A stretch of DNA of 63,591 nucleotides, the filler included, from Xylographa opegraphella (Eukaryota): NCBI GenBank assembly GCA_022813865.1. It is 3 parts of 3 records of this genome, joined end to end, with 100 filler letters (N's around TTAATTAATTAA, not from the genome) between each part and the next. Parts side by side here need not be neighbours in the genome. Positions count along the whole stretch, not along the records: positions 22,588 to 44,884 come from JALDZX010000132.1; positions 44,985 to 63,591 come from JALDZX010000143.1; 1 more part is not named here. The stretch is one strand, 5' to 3'. Every line of letters starts with the position of its first letter. The stretch's first letter is position 1. This document shows positions 40,153 through 53,023 of this stretch, in pieces. Position numbers and translations under genes: made by a program. A model generated the notes under the pieces. It ran no database searches. It was not told the origin of the DNA and worked only from the letters and a program-made list of their open reading frames with translations.

Positions 40153-41160
40153 ATGCCTACCCTCATCGGAAAAGAAGTAGATGCCACTGGCTTTGGCCTA
40201 ATAGGTCAGCAGGCATCTACTATGACTCTGTCGTCATTCATTCAGCATAGGTATAAAACGGCTACATTCTACTCAGGCTTTACATGGCGCCCCAGTCTGT
40301 GCCCTGAATCAGAGGCTTTCGACGCCATTCGCAGCGCTCTGTACCACGGTGCCAATTACTGGAACGGTGGTGAGTTCTACGGCCCGCCCGAATGTAACTC
40401 ATTGCAGCTTCTCAACAGATGCTTCGCCCCATATTCGGGAGACGCCAAGAAAGTAGTTCTAAGTATCAAGGGTAATTTCAATCCCGAAACGCACTCCAGA
40501 GGAGTAAGTTCGCAAGAGTGTTGAAAACTGCATCAAACTGCTGGACCTTGGATACTTTTTAGTGTGCATATGTTGAACGTAGAGTTCCCATGGAGACAAC
40601 AATAGAAGCACTTGGAAAATTAATGAAAAGAAGGAAAGATAGCAGGCATCAGCCTCAGTGAAGGGATTGACGATTTGAAAAGCTGCCGGGAGTGCACCAT
40701 AATTGTGCAGTGGAAGTCGAATTGAGCATGTGGGAAACCAACATCTTGACAAACGGAGTAGCAACTGCGTGCGTCGAACTGGACATTTCCCACGTCGCAT
40801 ATTCGGCTTTGGGGAGAGGCTTGATAACTGGAGATATCGAGAAGCTGGACGGATACCCCAAGATGACATGGGAAGGAAGTTCCTAAGATTCTCGGAGTAC
40901 TTTCCTAAAAATATGGACCTGGTCCACAAAAACGACGCAGTAGCCAAAATGAAGGGGTGCGCAAGTCCTCTTTAGCATGGGCATTGACAAGTCGAGTGAG
41001 AGTTAGGGTCCGCCGACGATCATACCAATACCAAGTGCAATCACGGCAGCTAGAGTCGCAGAAGACATGGGAGTGGTAAGAATAAGCGACAGTGACATGA
41101 AGGATACTGACACAATTCTGGATTCAACAACTGTGAAGGTGATCAGATGTCCTTCGTGTG
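40153..41160 (+). pseudogene. Pyridoxal-reductase-like aldo-keto reductase pseudogene
   Basis: GFGL, GANYWNGGEFYG, VVLSIKG, EGKIAGISLSE, AVEVELSMW and AYSALGRGLITG are spread over different frames; in-frame TAG in F*CA at ~40560. Confidence 0.8.
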
Positions 41161-41521
41161 ACCAGGTCTTCTACAAGCTTAAGTGCCTTTGTGCAGTAAC
41201 ATACGTGATGTAACCAAAGCTTTGTAAACAAATTTCTATGATCACATCTCTATGACTGATACCGTCAGCATATGACTCGTCTGTCGCTTTGTTCGCTCAA
41301 TTGCAGGAACTTGTGACTATCAGATCAAGTGTAGATTGTAACGTCGACATTCGGCTTCAAAGCAGATGAAACCGTCCGAATTGCAGAATTCATTTGTTCA
41401 TCTTGTAGAGAGATTAAGATGCTTGATAGGGCTTACCTCCAGATGATGTTTACAAAGCTACCTAAGATGGCTTCTTTCGTGGACCATAAATCCTCAAAGT
41501 CTTCAGGGCCTTTTTATGATG

Positions 41522-41932
41522 CTACTCTTTATCGTCTTTGAAACCTAAGAGTGTATCGATATCGTCCCATTCATTTGATATGTTGGTCCTGGATTTTCCT
41601 GTCTCACTGAGTTCTCTCATAGCGGCTCTCATATGGGCTATAACACTTGCGGGTTGCAAGTCCTTCGAATCCATCCTTGGGAACTTGGGAGTCTCGATTG
41701 CCAACAGCTCAAGTGACTTCGTCTTAGGGTATTCGCTATCTCTGGTCACCGGCTTTTCGGTTTCAGCATGAGTCAGCTTATCATCTTCAATGCCTTGCTT
41801 GATGATCGATTTGTCAGCTCCAGCAGTTCTCTTGGCCTGTTCTTGCTTGGCTAGTGTTGCCATTAGAAAGTCCATGAAGGGTTGCTTGGCCTTGTTGTAG
41901 GCCTCAACCTCGTCTTTGAACGTGGAGGACAT
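41522..41932 (-). CDS. Hypothetical protein (likely start MSSTFKDEV)
   Basis: Open frame; ATG in GCAACAATG context; no recognised domain. Confidence 0.45.
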   Translation of the reverse strand: MSSTFKDEVEAYNKAKQPFMDFLMATLAKQEQAKRTAGADKSIIKQGIEDDKLTHAETEKPVTRDSEYPKTKSLELLAIETPKFPRMDSKDLQPASVIAHMRAAMRELSETGKSRTNISNEWDDIDTLLGFKDDKE

Positions 41933-42415
41933 TGTTGCAGGTAAGAGATGGGCACAGAGTCTGATGGTCCGCGCGTGATCTTTGGCTAGCTCGGCTAGAT
42001 ACTTACTAAGATAATATAAGCATTCGGCACAGGTAAACGCGGACACTTAGCTCGAGGTACGAAGTAGGACTTACGGCAAGTGTTGGATTTATACTTCTCG
42101 TACTGATCAGTAAAAGACCTGTGGTGATAAAGGGAAAGAGATTGTCAATCTAAAGGTCTTCAAAATTACTCCATGATTTATGAGGGTTTTCGCAGAAGCA
42201 CATTCACTGGAGAGTGTTATAAAGCTGGTGCTTGTACTTGTTGCTAGCCCGCAGGACAAATATTCACAGGACGATCTTTCCTCACGTTTCCATCATTGCG
42301 CAAAATCAGCTTAACTCGAAAAAGCCACAAAACTAGTGCTTATACTTGCTGGCGGCTTGCAGAATCACATTTACGCGAAGGTGTTGCTTTCTTTTGACTT
42401 CTTATTCAAGCCAAA

Positions 42416-43568
42416 ATGGCGGACTCTCCCGGCTCTCCTCTGTCCTCACATGCTTCTAGTGAGTTTACAGAGGATATCAAAACCGAAGATCGAGAACAAA
42501 GCCTGGATGGACTTGCTGAACACGACGATCCTCACTTGAGGCTCACATCAAAAAGACGGAAGCTAGGGATGACGTCGTATCGCTCAACGCCTCAATCTCT
42601 GCCTGATGTTCACCATGACGATACAGATATATCTTCTGATACCTCTGGCGACGTGCCCAACTCACCAGCAACCGGCCCAGCATATACCCAGGATGATGAC
42701 CATCTGGAGCAGATTACTGTCTGTAAATGGCGAAACTGCCCTCTGGGAGATCTGGGGAACATGGATGCTCTGGTCGATCATGTCCATGTGGATCATATTG
42801 GTCAACGGCAGAAGAGATATGCTTGCGAGTGGGAAGGTTGTTCCAGAATAGATGCCAATCATGCCAGTGGCTACGCTCTCAGAGCCCACATGCGAAGTCA
42901 TACTCGTGAGAAACCGTTCTATTGCGCACTTCCTGGTATGGAATGAAGCTCGTCGTTCAGGATATTCCTAACAATAGCCAGAATGCGACCGATCCTTTAC
43001 TCGTTCTGATGCTCTCGCGAAACATATGCGCACTGTACACGAAACGGAAGCGTTGAGGCCATCTGACCCAGTTCCTCGAAGTCATTCCCAAGCTCAAGTG
43101 AAACCTCAGCGCTTGAAGCTCATTGTCAATGCGAAGCCTGCCAACCGAGGAAACAATGGAGATATCCACGAAATCGACGAGGCTTCGACGATTCATCCAA
43201 ACACCCAAGCTGATCATGAAGCTCAATCTATAGCACAACTCGAGTATCCACCAGAACTCCAATTTACTGAAGAAGAGCTTACACTATCACCGGGTCAACT
43301 GTTCAAGCTCTTTCGACGACAAGTCCATTGGGCTGAAGAAGAAAACCAAGAACTGAAGGACGAGATTGAAGCACTGGAGGCCGAGCGCAAGGAAGAGTGG
43401 CAAGCCAAAGAACTGGTTCTGGCGAATTTGATGGAGGCTGAGCTCGCCACAGCTCATGAAGCTAGCATGGATTTCGAGAAGATTATCAGACTCAAGGACG
43501 AAATGCTTCCGCAGCGTGTGCTGCCGATGGTAGGTCAGACACCTTGGTATAGATTTCCGCACGGATAG
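42416..43568 (+). CDS. IEC1: C2H2 zinc-finger INO80 complex subunit Iec1-like (intron 42936-42981)
   Basis: HASGYALRAHMRSHTREKPFYCALP|ECDRSFTRSDALAKHMRTVHETEALRPSDPVP; C-terminal coiled coil RRQVHWAEEE. Confidence 0.85.
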
Positions 43569-44076
43569 GAGGCCTCTATGACGTTTTATCGTAGGAAATC
43601 AAACAAGATCGTTTGAACAATCACTTGAGCGGTATTATCTTACATGGGCATCAAATCTCGGTGCAAATGGGCCTCGCTTACTATCAACCCCTTCAGATGG
43701 TCGTGCTGGCTGCGGATAGGCTCTCAAGTCTAAACCCAGTTCTTGACTTCCAATCTAAGGTCAGGTACTATTCTTTGTGGATGTTAAGCAGTCCAACCTC
43801 TACAGTATCACGAAAAGCTGTTTCATATGAGAGGCGTATGCCGGACATGTTTGGCTATTTTGGCGAGGTCGGAAAAAGAGAAGAGACGGGGCTACATGGC
43901 TACTGTAATTCGACAGGACGTAGCATATGTGTGTTCGTTCCAACGTCTGTACACGGAGACTCTGTGACACAATGATTTGAGCAGGAGATCAACGATAGAA
44001 TTCCTTTCATGATTTACGGAGTACCGTATGGTACATTTCAATAGTGCCCCTAACGAAAATCGACATAATGCCCATA

Positions 44077-44280
44077 TTCGTCCGTTAAAAACCCACTCCG
44101 CTTCGCTCCGTGGGGGGCGAGTATCCAGCCACTCTCGGCGAGCTAGCCACTTTTTGGAACATTATTATATTGATTGTTTTATTGTTTTACAGAGGACAGC
44201 CACGCATAATAATAAAAATATAAATAAAAATTTAGTAATCGAATCGCAATTCATTAATAATAAATTAATTAAATTTTAAT
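44077..44280 (+). mobile_element. Terminus (TIR) of a pogo/Fot1-like DNA transposon
   Basis: Follows TA; internal AGCCACT direct repeat; homologous to 62662-62830; grades into RIP-erased DNA. Confidence 0.65.
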
Positions 44281-44821
44281 TCGTAACATTCGTGGTGCAA
44301 TTAATATACGTCAATATAATATTCAACAAAACTCGCTTAAAATTTAATATATTATTGCGATATTAATGTTAAAATCGTTAAAAATATATTATTAAAATTC
44401 GTTTTTTATTATAATCGCTGATTTTAAAGTTTTCAAGTTTAAAATAATGAAAATATTTAAATAAATTTAAATTTGATAAATTTATTAATTTAATATTAAT
44501 ATTGAAATTTCAATCGCGTTAAAACTCAGAATTAATTAATACTCGTTTTTATTTATTTCGTAATAAATTTAAATTAATATTTATATAAAAATTTTCCGTT
44601 TTATTATTTTAATAATTCTTCAGTCTACTCGTTTAATTTATATTAAATCACGGTTTTAAATTCACGATTTTTTATTTTTAAATTTCTCTCGCTGCAATCT
44701 CGTTTATTTAATTTATTAAATATAATTCTATCGTTTTACAGTTTTATCGACGATTATTATTTTAATTTTTTTAGCGATTTCTTTTACGATTTTTCTATAA
44801 CTTTTAACGGTTTTTTTTACG

Positions 44822-44884
44822 ATTTTTGATTTTTGATTTTTGATTTTTGATTTTTGATTTTTGATTTTTGATTTTTGATTTTTG
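44822..44884. repeat. 7-bp microsatellite (GATTTTT)n
   Basis: Tandem repeat at a contig end. Confidence 0.85.
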
Positions 44885-44984
44885 NNNNNNNNNNNNNNNN
44901 NNNNNNNNNNNNNNNNNNNNNNNNNNNNTTAATTAATTAANNNNNNNNNNNNNNNNNNNNNNNNNNNNNNNNNNNNNNNNNNNN
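44885..44984. other. Artificial scaffold spacer N44-TTAATTAATTAA-N44
   Basis: Same structure as 22488-22587. Confidence 0.92.
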
Positions 44985-45593
44985 TAAATCTTTTAAATCT
45001 TAAATATATATATAAATTTACGATTAAGGATTATATTAATAGCATTTTGAAATTAAAATTCTATTAATATCGAGATATTTTTATACATTAATCATTTTAA
45101 AATTAATTGAATTTCAGAATTATATTACTTCGACAAGGGTTCTAGGACCATCCCGAGACCATGTACGCTACCCCCCAAGCGCCCTTAAGGTACGTAGCTC
45201 GGGAGGTCGCTCACAAACAGGTATTCCTGAAGGGCCAGGGATGTCTGCAGTGGACAAGCCAGGACCAAGGTCTCGATTGCAATCCTCAAGTCCTCATATA
45301 TAGAGCAGGAGCCGCAATCTCAGCTCAGCTTGGGCTTCAAAGTGAAACACTGATACACGTATGGTGCCCAACAGAGAACTATCAACAAATTCGAGGATGA
45401 AAACCTCCCGATTACTTTCAGTCTTGAAATCTTCATGTCACCCATTGCGATTGCGTTGTAAAGCTTTCAAGCAACAATGAGTCTCAGACATGCTTCTTGC
45501 TGCCAGCAAATATCTAAAAATTGACATCGCACTCGTCTTAATAAAGGGCCAGGTTGTTATACCTCAGGGGAAAGCCGGCAGCCACCTAAAGCA

Positions 45594-47954
45594 ATGATTA
45601 CGAGAATCCTCTCAGCACCCCGATGGAGATCATGCCGTTCATTGATATTACTATCCTTTCCTTTGCTTGGGTATGGCGCCCACCAGAAGCAAACCATCAT
45701 CCACAACGACAGTAGCGAGGGCAGAACTCCGCCAGGATGGGAAGTCGACAAAAGCAAACATGCGGTCCTAAAGCTATCAGATGCGCCCGAATCGGAGTCC
45801 GAATCGGTACACAACGACCGTTCTTGGTTCGGTGATGATAACAGTCCAGCATGGGCAATTTTCTCGTCCAGCTTCGCTTCAGCTGGTGCTTCGATCTCTT
45901 CCATCGAGTGGTCAAATATCGGCGACAATATCACGGACTTTATTATGCCGGACTGGGCAAAAGCTCTGCCAGGTTTTGTGAAGAAGCTCCAGCTGGAATT
46001 GGAAATGGCCCCAGGCTCACTTGCAGACGAGATTTGGCAGGAAGCAAGTGATCCGTATATCAATCCTGAGATTACTCGGTCTGCACGCGTTCGGATCGGC
46101 AAGGAACTCTGCCGAGAAGAACAGAATTTTCAACGCCGTAGAAAGGAGTATGTGACTTTGGCTTTGGCACGGTACCTTGGCATCCCCGAGGCCGAGATTG
46201 ATCCCGAAGATGTTCCTACTATTGCTATGTGCGGGTCAGGTGGAGGTCTTCGAGCATTGGTGGCAGGTACTGGCTCCTATCTAAGCGCGCAAGAGGCTGG
46301 CCTCTTCGATTGCATTACCTATACCGCTGGCGTGAGTGGAAGCTGCTGGTTACAGGCACTGTTTCACTCCAGTTTAGCTGGCCAAAACCATCAGAGACTG
46401 GTCGAGCATTTGAAAAGGCGGCTGGGTATACATATCGCTTTCCCGCCTGCGGCATTGAATTTGCTCACGACTGCACCAACGAACAAGTTTCTTCTTTCTG
46501 GTTTCGTGGAGAAACTTAAGGGAGACCCAGATGCAGACTTCGGTGTTGTTGACGCTTATGGGCTGCTTCTGGCCGCCCGATTCCTTGTTCCCAGGGGCGA
46601 GCTAGCGGTCGATGCTCGCGATTTAAAGCTATCTAGTCAGCGTGCCTTCGTCGACGATGGTGCCAACCCGCTTCCGATATATACAGCAGTACGACACGAA
46701 ATCCCCCTGGATGAGGTCAAGACCATTAAGGAGGAATTAGGGGGTGCTGCATCATCCGAAACCAAGGAATTAGCAAAACAGGAATCTTGGTTTCAATGGT
46801 TCGAATTTACCCCGTACGAATTCTGGTGTGAGGAGCTTGATGCAGGCATTCCTACGTGGAGCCTCGGCCGCAAATTCCAAAACGGCACCGATGTTCCTCG
46901 TGAAAATGGGCTTATGCTTCCCGAGCTACGGATCCCCCAGCTTTTGGGCATATTCGGCTCTGCCTTTTGCGCGACCCTCTCTCACTACTATAAAGAGGTC
47001 CGGCCGATCGTCAAAGGTATCGCCATGCTCAATGGGGTCGACGACCTCATCGAAGAGCGCAACGATGATCTCATCAAAGTCCACCCCATCGATCCCGCCT
47101 CCATTCCAAATTTTTGCCTTGGCCTGGAAGGTAAGCTGGCCCCTTCCAGCCCCCAAAACATCTTCAAATCCTCGCACTTGCAGCTCATGGACGCCGGCAT
47201 GTCCAACAACCTGCCCATCTACCCCCTTCTCCGCCCCGGCCGTGATGTCGACATAATAGTCGCCTTCGACGCCTCGGCAGACATCAAGACCGAGAACTGG
47301 CTCTCCGTTGCGGACGGCTACGCCAAGCAGCGCGGAATCAAAGGATGGCCAATCGGTCTCGGCTGGCCGAAGGAAGAAGCCACGCGTGCCGAAACTCGTC
47401 AGGAGCTCGAACTCGCACAAGCCTCATCCCCGCAAGAAGCCGCTGGTCGCGTCGCTGAGGCGCGTGAGCAGCAGCGCGAGAATGCGAATTCGACCGAAGC
47501 CGCCGTCGCAGCCGGTCAGCACACCTCGCCTGACGAGGCAGATCTGGGCTATTGCACCGTATGGATCGGGACCACCCAGGAACGGAGCTCCTCGCCCTCG
47601 GCACCTACATCCAAGCGTCTCAACCCCGATACCGACTGGGAGCTTCTCACGCCCGACGGCATCGCCGTGGTCTACTTCCCCTTCCTGCCCAATCCGAAAG
47701 TGGAGGGCGTGGACCCGAACACGTCCGACTTCATGAGCACGTGGAACTTCGTGTACACGCCGGAGCAGATCGACAAGGTGGTTGCGCTCGCGAGGGCGAA
47801 TTTCGACGAGGGCAAGGAGCAGACGAGGAGGTGTGTCAGAGCGGTGTACGAGCGAAAACGGAATGCGCGGTTGGCGAGGGAGGAGAAGGAGATGGCGGAG
47901 AGGTGGAGACGGAGGATGGAGAGGGGTGGGGATCATTTTGGAGGAGGGGATTGA
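45594..47954 (+). CDS. Cytosolic phospholipase A2 / lysophospholipase (PLA2c domain); true start uncertain
   Basis: GSGGGLRA, AGVSGSCW (catalytic Ser), LMDAG (catalytic Asp), FEFTPYE, RDVDIIVAFDAS. Confidence 0.88.
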   Translation: MITRILSAPRWRSCRSLILLSFPLLGYGAHQKQTIIHNDSSEGRTPPGWEVDKSKHAVLKLSDAPESESESVHNDRSWFGDDNSPAWAIFSSSFASAGASISSIEWSNIGDNITDFIMPDWAKALPGFVKKLQLELEMAPGSLADEIWQEASDPYINPEITRSARVRIGKELCREEQNFQRRRKEYVTLALARYLGIPEAEIDPEDVPTIAMCGSGGGLRALVAGTGSYLSAQEAGLFDCITYTAGVSGSCWLQALFHSSLAGQNHQRLVEHLKRRLGIHIAFPPAALNLLTTAPTNKFLLSGFVEKLKGDPDADFGVVDAYGLLLAARFLVPRGELAVDARDLKLSSQRAFVDDGANPLPIYTAVRHEIPLDEVKTIKEELGGAASSETKELAKQESWFQWFEFTPYEFWCEELDAGIPTWSLGRKFQNGTDVPRENGLMLPELRIPQLLGIFGSAFCATLSHYYKEVRPIVKGIAMLNGVDDLIEERNDDLIKVHPIDPASIPNFCLGLEGKLAPSSPQNIFKSSHLQLMDAGMSNNLPIYPLLRPGRDVDIIVAFDASADIKTENWLSVADGYAKQRGIKGWPIGLGWPKEEATRAETRQELELAQASSPQEAAGRVAEAREQQRENANSTEAAVAAGQHTSPDEADLGYCTVWIGTTQERSSSPSAPTSKRLNPDTDWELLTPDGIAVVYFPFLPNPKVEGVDPNTSDFMSTWNFVYTPEQIDKVVALARANFDEGKEQTRRCVRAVYERKRNARLAREEKEMAERWRRRMERGGDHFGGGD

Positions 47955-48582
47955 AGTGACGCTTTATAATACCCCATAGACTTAACTTGGTTTTCGCGGA
48001 GGTTCAAAGGCGAAATTTCGAGAACACCGCTTTTTGTATTATGGCACTACCGTCTTTTCAAGCACGATAAAGTAGTTTTTCAGAAATATATAGAATATTT
48101 CCGCCTGCAACAATATGTTCTATTGTAAATTAGTCCCTTCACATCTTCTGCCGCCAATGACCACTACCCTTGACGAAATGATGCACGAGTGGTAGCCTGA
48201 CTACGCTGCTCCTTTGCCACAAGGCCTGAACGACCAAGTATGCAACACGAGAGGAGAGATCCGAAGTTACCCCATCTTGATGTTGCTGATTCTCAGTCAC
48301 TTGGGTGATTTGGTCGATAGACTTCTTCCACGCCCAAGCCAGGCTCCAGAACGTGGTCCAAATGATACGAAATCCTCCGCTGTTGTAGCTTGATGGTATG
48401 CCAGCTACAGTTATGATCCGCTCTCTCAATGAACCGACTTTCATCTTCCTCTTGGCCTTGGAGGACCGGGTGGAGTGAAAAGGTAACTGATACCCGGTCA
48501 TCGAGAGAAGCACCCTGACGGAAACGGCTGGCTGCAACTTGCCATGTTACCTAGATTTGTGGTGCGCAAAATTTTCAGTTCC

Positions 48583-49967
48583 TCAGCCTCTCCTCCTCTC
48601 TCGCTCGACCTCAACCTCGTACTCCTCCTCCTCGACCTTGAAGTATTCGGCAACGATCTTCTTCTCCTCTCGTGCTCGCTCAAGGTCAAGCATGAATCTG
48701 ACGGTCCCCTCTTTCAGCCCGGCGCGTACTCGCGCTCCAGCTGCTGCCTCTGGACTTAGCGTTACGCTCGACTTGCCATCACTGAGTGGTGTATCTTGCG
48801 GGCTCAATGGTGACTTCGCAGACCTGGTGTCTTTGGTCCCGTTTGCAACTTTGGTAGCGTTGGTTAAACTCCTCTTCATGACGCTATTCGTGTATCTTGG
48901 ATAGTCGTTCGCAGACGCCTCTTGATTGAGGGTTATGCGAATGGCGATATATGTTTCAATAGGGTATTCTTGACCGACTGTCGTAAGAGTCCGATGGTGA
49001 GTATATAAATCGAGAAGGTCCAGGAGAGTCTCTGCCGGCTTGTGAGCCGAACCCGTTAAGTGACTGTGAAGCAATACCTACCCATAACTTCTGCCCGCGA
49101 CGTCAGCCACTTCTTGAAGCCTTTTCCAGCCTCTAGTTCCTGCACATTTCGTTCATGTAAGCGAGCCGCTAAATCAACACAAGCAATAGCCATTGTTGAT
49201 GTCGTCTGCTTCAGTGGAGCAAAGGTGCGGTACAAATCAACGGACATGTTGTAGGCTGTCTTTCCAACAGTGTCTCTGTCTAGATGATAATACTTTGCTA
49301 GTTTCAGCAGTAGCTTCTGAGGATATCGACTTCGGTAATCGAATCCGGAAGCCTCTAACATTAAGCGTTCAAGGCCAACAATCGCTTTGGAGGGATTGTC
49401 AAACATCTGGAATTTTAGTAATTGCAGTAGAAGTCCCCTCTACGCAAGGATTACTGACCGGATCATCTTGACTGACATGTTCCGCTAACGTGACTTTCTG
49501 GTTATACGCAGCGCAGAGGATTTCCCGAGACTTTTTGAGCGTATCCTCAATCTTGCATGCTGTGAACAGAGCAGCCGTAGCAGCGTCCTGACAATGGTCA
49601 GTATCTATACAGGCTAATACAAGTGCTCACTACCATAAAACCATACTCGGTGTCAACATGCACTAGACGAAACCGGTGATAGTAGACACATGCTGTGTTG
49701 AACGTCCGCACTGGTCTGATCATTTTAGTAAGGTAATTCATAGATCTTATTTGAGATTTCGTACAGATGCAGTGCTTTTCTAAGACTGTCAATCCATGCA
49801 ACGCCTTGAAGGCGGATATTATCTTCTTTTGCTTCTGTCACGCCTGTAGCGGCCATACATTCTTGCAATTTCTGCTCAAAAATATATGGTTTTGCAAGCT
49901 GTATATAAGATGGATGAGGACCAACATGGCCGTTTTCAGCAGCAATATCTGATTGCGTATAAGCCAT
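48583..49967 (-). CDS. CTK2: Cyclin subunit of CTD kinase I (cyclin K-like), multi-exon
   Basis: GPHPSYIQLAKPYIFEQ, RLQGVAWID, PVRTFNTACVYYHRFRL, AALFTACKIEDTLKKSREIL, GLERLMLEASGFD. Confidence 0.85.
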
Positions 49968-50214
49968 GTTTCTGTTTCTTTTACTGATTGAGAACAGATG
50001 ATATGGGAGCAGCATTAACCCTCAGGGTTGAATTCATGCTCGGGCTCGGAGCAGACAGTTGATCCGAAATCCGCGGTATAGATTCTAATAGAGCTAGCTC
50101 GATGTAGCGGTATGCGCCGCATCATGCTGCCCATGATCCTCTAACGATTCTGGCTACAGTCCTTCCTCAAGATGACCTTTTCTGGCTATCCATTTCGCAG
50201 ATTTCATAGCTAAA

Positions 50215-51220
50215 ATGATTGCTACATTGATAGTCTCTCTAGCTATATTCTGTATCTCAACAAGCGCATCAGTGATACCGCAGCAGCCACTCGCGCCCCA
50301 AAGTTCACCCACATGGACGCCTAATCCTCTCCCTCTCGTCATATGGCACGGATTGGGGGATAAGTAAGTCTGCTTTATAACAGCTTATGGAAATATACTA
50401 AAATCGAGGAAGTTACAAAGCCGAGGGTCTTCGCTCCATCGGCGACCTTGCACAAGAAATCAACCCGGGCACCTTCCCTTATTATGTTCGCCTGGATGCA
50501 GATCCCTCATCGGACCGCAAAGCCACCTACTTCGGCAATCTGACACTTCAAGTAGCCAAAGTCTGCGCTGATCTTGCTGCCCATCCCATACTGTCGACAG
50601 CACCTGCCATCAACGCTATTGGCTTTTCCCAAGGAGGCCAGTTCATTCGTGCCTACGTTGAGCGCTGTAATAAGCCGCCCGTTGCAAATCTTATAACATT
50701 TGGAGCTCAGCATAATGGTATCAGCAAGTTTCAGAACTGTGCTGCAACCGACTGGGTCTGCCAAGGTGCCCAGGCTTTGCTGAAAGGCAACATTTGGAGT
50801 CAATTCGTACAAAATGGTGTGGTGCCTCCGCAGTACTTTCGGGATCCCGCAGATTTAGAAGCCTATCTCGAACACAGCAATTTCCTAGCGGATGTTAATA
50901 ACGAAAGAGTGTCAAAGAACGAGACCTACAAGCAGAATCTTCTTAAGTTGGAAAAGTTTGTCATGTATCTGTTCTCTGATGACACAGTAGTACTGCCGAA
51001 AGAAAGTTCGTGGTTCAGCGATGTGAACGCCACAACCGGGGAGGAGATAAAGTTGAAAGACCGACCAATGTATAAAAAGGATTGGTTGGGATTGAAGACA
51101 TTGGACGAGCAGCACAAGTTGGAGTTCAAGATTGCGGAGGGAGGGCATATGCAGCTTTCCGACAAGCTTTTAGAGGAGGTGTTCAAGCAATACTTTACGC
51201 CGAAAACAAAGGGTCACTGA
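50215..51220 (+). CDS. Palmitoyl-protein thioesterase precursor (intron ~50363-50413)
   Basis: Signal peptide; PLPLVIWHGLGD; IGFSQGGQF (GxSxG); ITFGAQHNG; SNFLADVNNE; DWLGLKTLD. Confidence 0.9.
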
Positions 51221-51750
51221 ATCCTGTTTAGGATATTAGAGAAAAGCAGGTTGATTTGAGATATCTAAAACAATCCACGTCTCATACAGCTAGGTCCCGT
51301 AGGCGCAGTAGCTCTAAGGCATCCAATGATGTGACGACTCAGTCAAAGCATTCGCATGATAATGAAGGGATTTTAAGTAGCTTTTGGACCCTCAATTTTG
51401 AACTGAAGCTCATTAAAATGGAGACCAGAGTTGGAGAGCCGCATTGATCATTCCCAGCTTGTTCATATTTTTAGTTTCGAGGGTTACCGTCCAGATCAAG
51501 AACACCGGATGGAGCCTGCACTGGTCCAGAACTGCCGTCCGATGTTCAACCATAGCTGAGACCGTATATATGCAACATGCTTGCATCTTAATTTTAATGT
51601 CCCACCGTTGCAACATCGGCCACCCAGGCTCGACCGGGAGACTTGACTGCGTACTCGACATCTTCCTGGCATTTGACCAATACAAGTCATTGAGTAGTAA
51701 AGGAACACGGTGAAACACGCAAATGCACCCCGAATGACATTGCTGGAACT

Positions 51751-53023
51751 TTACGCCGAAGCTAGGATAGCCTCGACCTTCTTCCTCTTCACCTTAACCT
51801 GGCCTGCATCTGGGTCAAGTTTCTTCGGCTTCTTCTTCCTCTCAATGTCCCCATCAACCTCGGACTTTGCCTCTTTCTTCTGTTGCCTTAGCTTGGCTCT
51901 CCTCTCTGCCATTTCCGCACTCAGATCCGTATCCTCCACCCGTTTCGTTTGCTTGGCCTTCTTTTCTGGCGGTTCAGCTGCATCCTCCCTTCCCTTCCGT
52001 TTCCGACCTTTCTGATTTGCAAGCTCCAGTGCTGCTTTAGCTTCTTCGTCTCCGAGCACATCTCCCTCATCTTGCCATAATTCGCTGGCCAACCAGAGCG
52101 GTAGAGCCATTGTGTTCGGTCCCTTGACATGAATAGAGCGTATGTTCCTCCACCCCTTTGACACGTACTTCTTTACCATCCCTTCCACTACTGCATCAAC
52201 GTTCTCCGCTATTTGTTGCGCGGTAAATGTTGACGATCCTACTCGTATTGAAGTCGTTGTTGATGGAGATAGATGTACTTGCGCACAAGATATGGCAGTC
52301 TCTACCTCTTTCGCAACCTGAATTGGCAAAGCTACTACTTTATTACCAGAGGCTTTCGGTATTGTGCTTGCAGCTTCTCCTTTGGGTTTGTATGGTTGAA
52401 GGTTGACAGGGACCGGACGTTTACTTCCTCCGTAGAAGATCTTCCCAAGCAACTTAGGCAATCGAGTAATAATTCGGTCGTCGGCAAGGAATACGTCGTG
52501 CTCACTTAGAAGCTGTCGCCGACTTTCAAAACTCTTGTAGCGCTTGGCGACTTTCCCTACACCAATTACTCGAGTAATCTGTGAAGCAAGAGTGACTGGA
52601 AACGAGGGGTGGGCAATGGTATCTTTGAAAGCGCGCTGAGGATCTGCAGTAATGAGACATATCGTAGAAGACGCAGATTTGTGTAGCGAGTGGGGCAATA
52701 ATATCTTTCCAGGCTTCAATCGCTTATTATCGACGACGTGCTTTTTCGTGGTCAGCACAAGCCACACTGGTTCTGACTCGACCGAGTCGCTTTCATCGGA
52801 GCTTTCGTCACTTGTGGGGAGTAGGATTTTCGTATTCGACTCTAAAGCTTTGCGCTTAGATTCGGATTTTATGTGCTGGAGGAGTGCTGCTGAAGCTTTC
52901 AATACCTAGGATTGTTAGTCAAGCTCTTGGAAGAACATATGGTGGTCGGACCTGAGTATCCTCGAGCTGATACGGCGAACCCGATTCGACCCTGGTGGTC
53001 AAGGTGGTGCTGTCGGACGCCAT
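51751..53023 (-). CDS. Ribosomal L1-domain ribosome biogenesis protein (Cic1/Utp30-like)
   Basis: VWLVLTTKK, ICLITADPQR, YKSFESRRQLL..HDVFLADDRI, GWRNIRSIHVKGP; first exon MASDSTT...EDTQ. Confidence 0.88.

Noticed and set aside
45557..47979. Multiple antisense and alternate-frame ORFs over the phospholipase gene
   Set aside because: Shadow ORFs expected from high-GC3 coding sequence.
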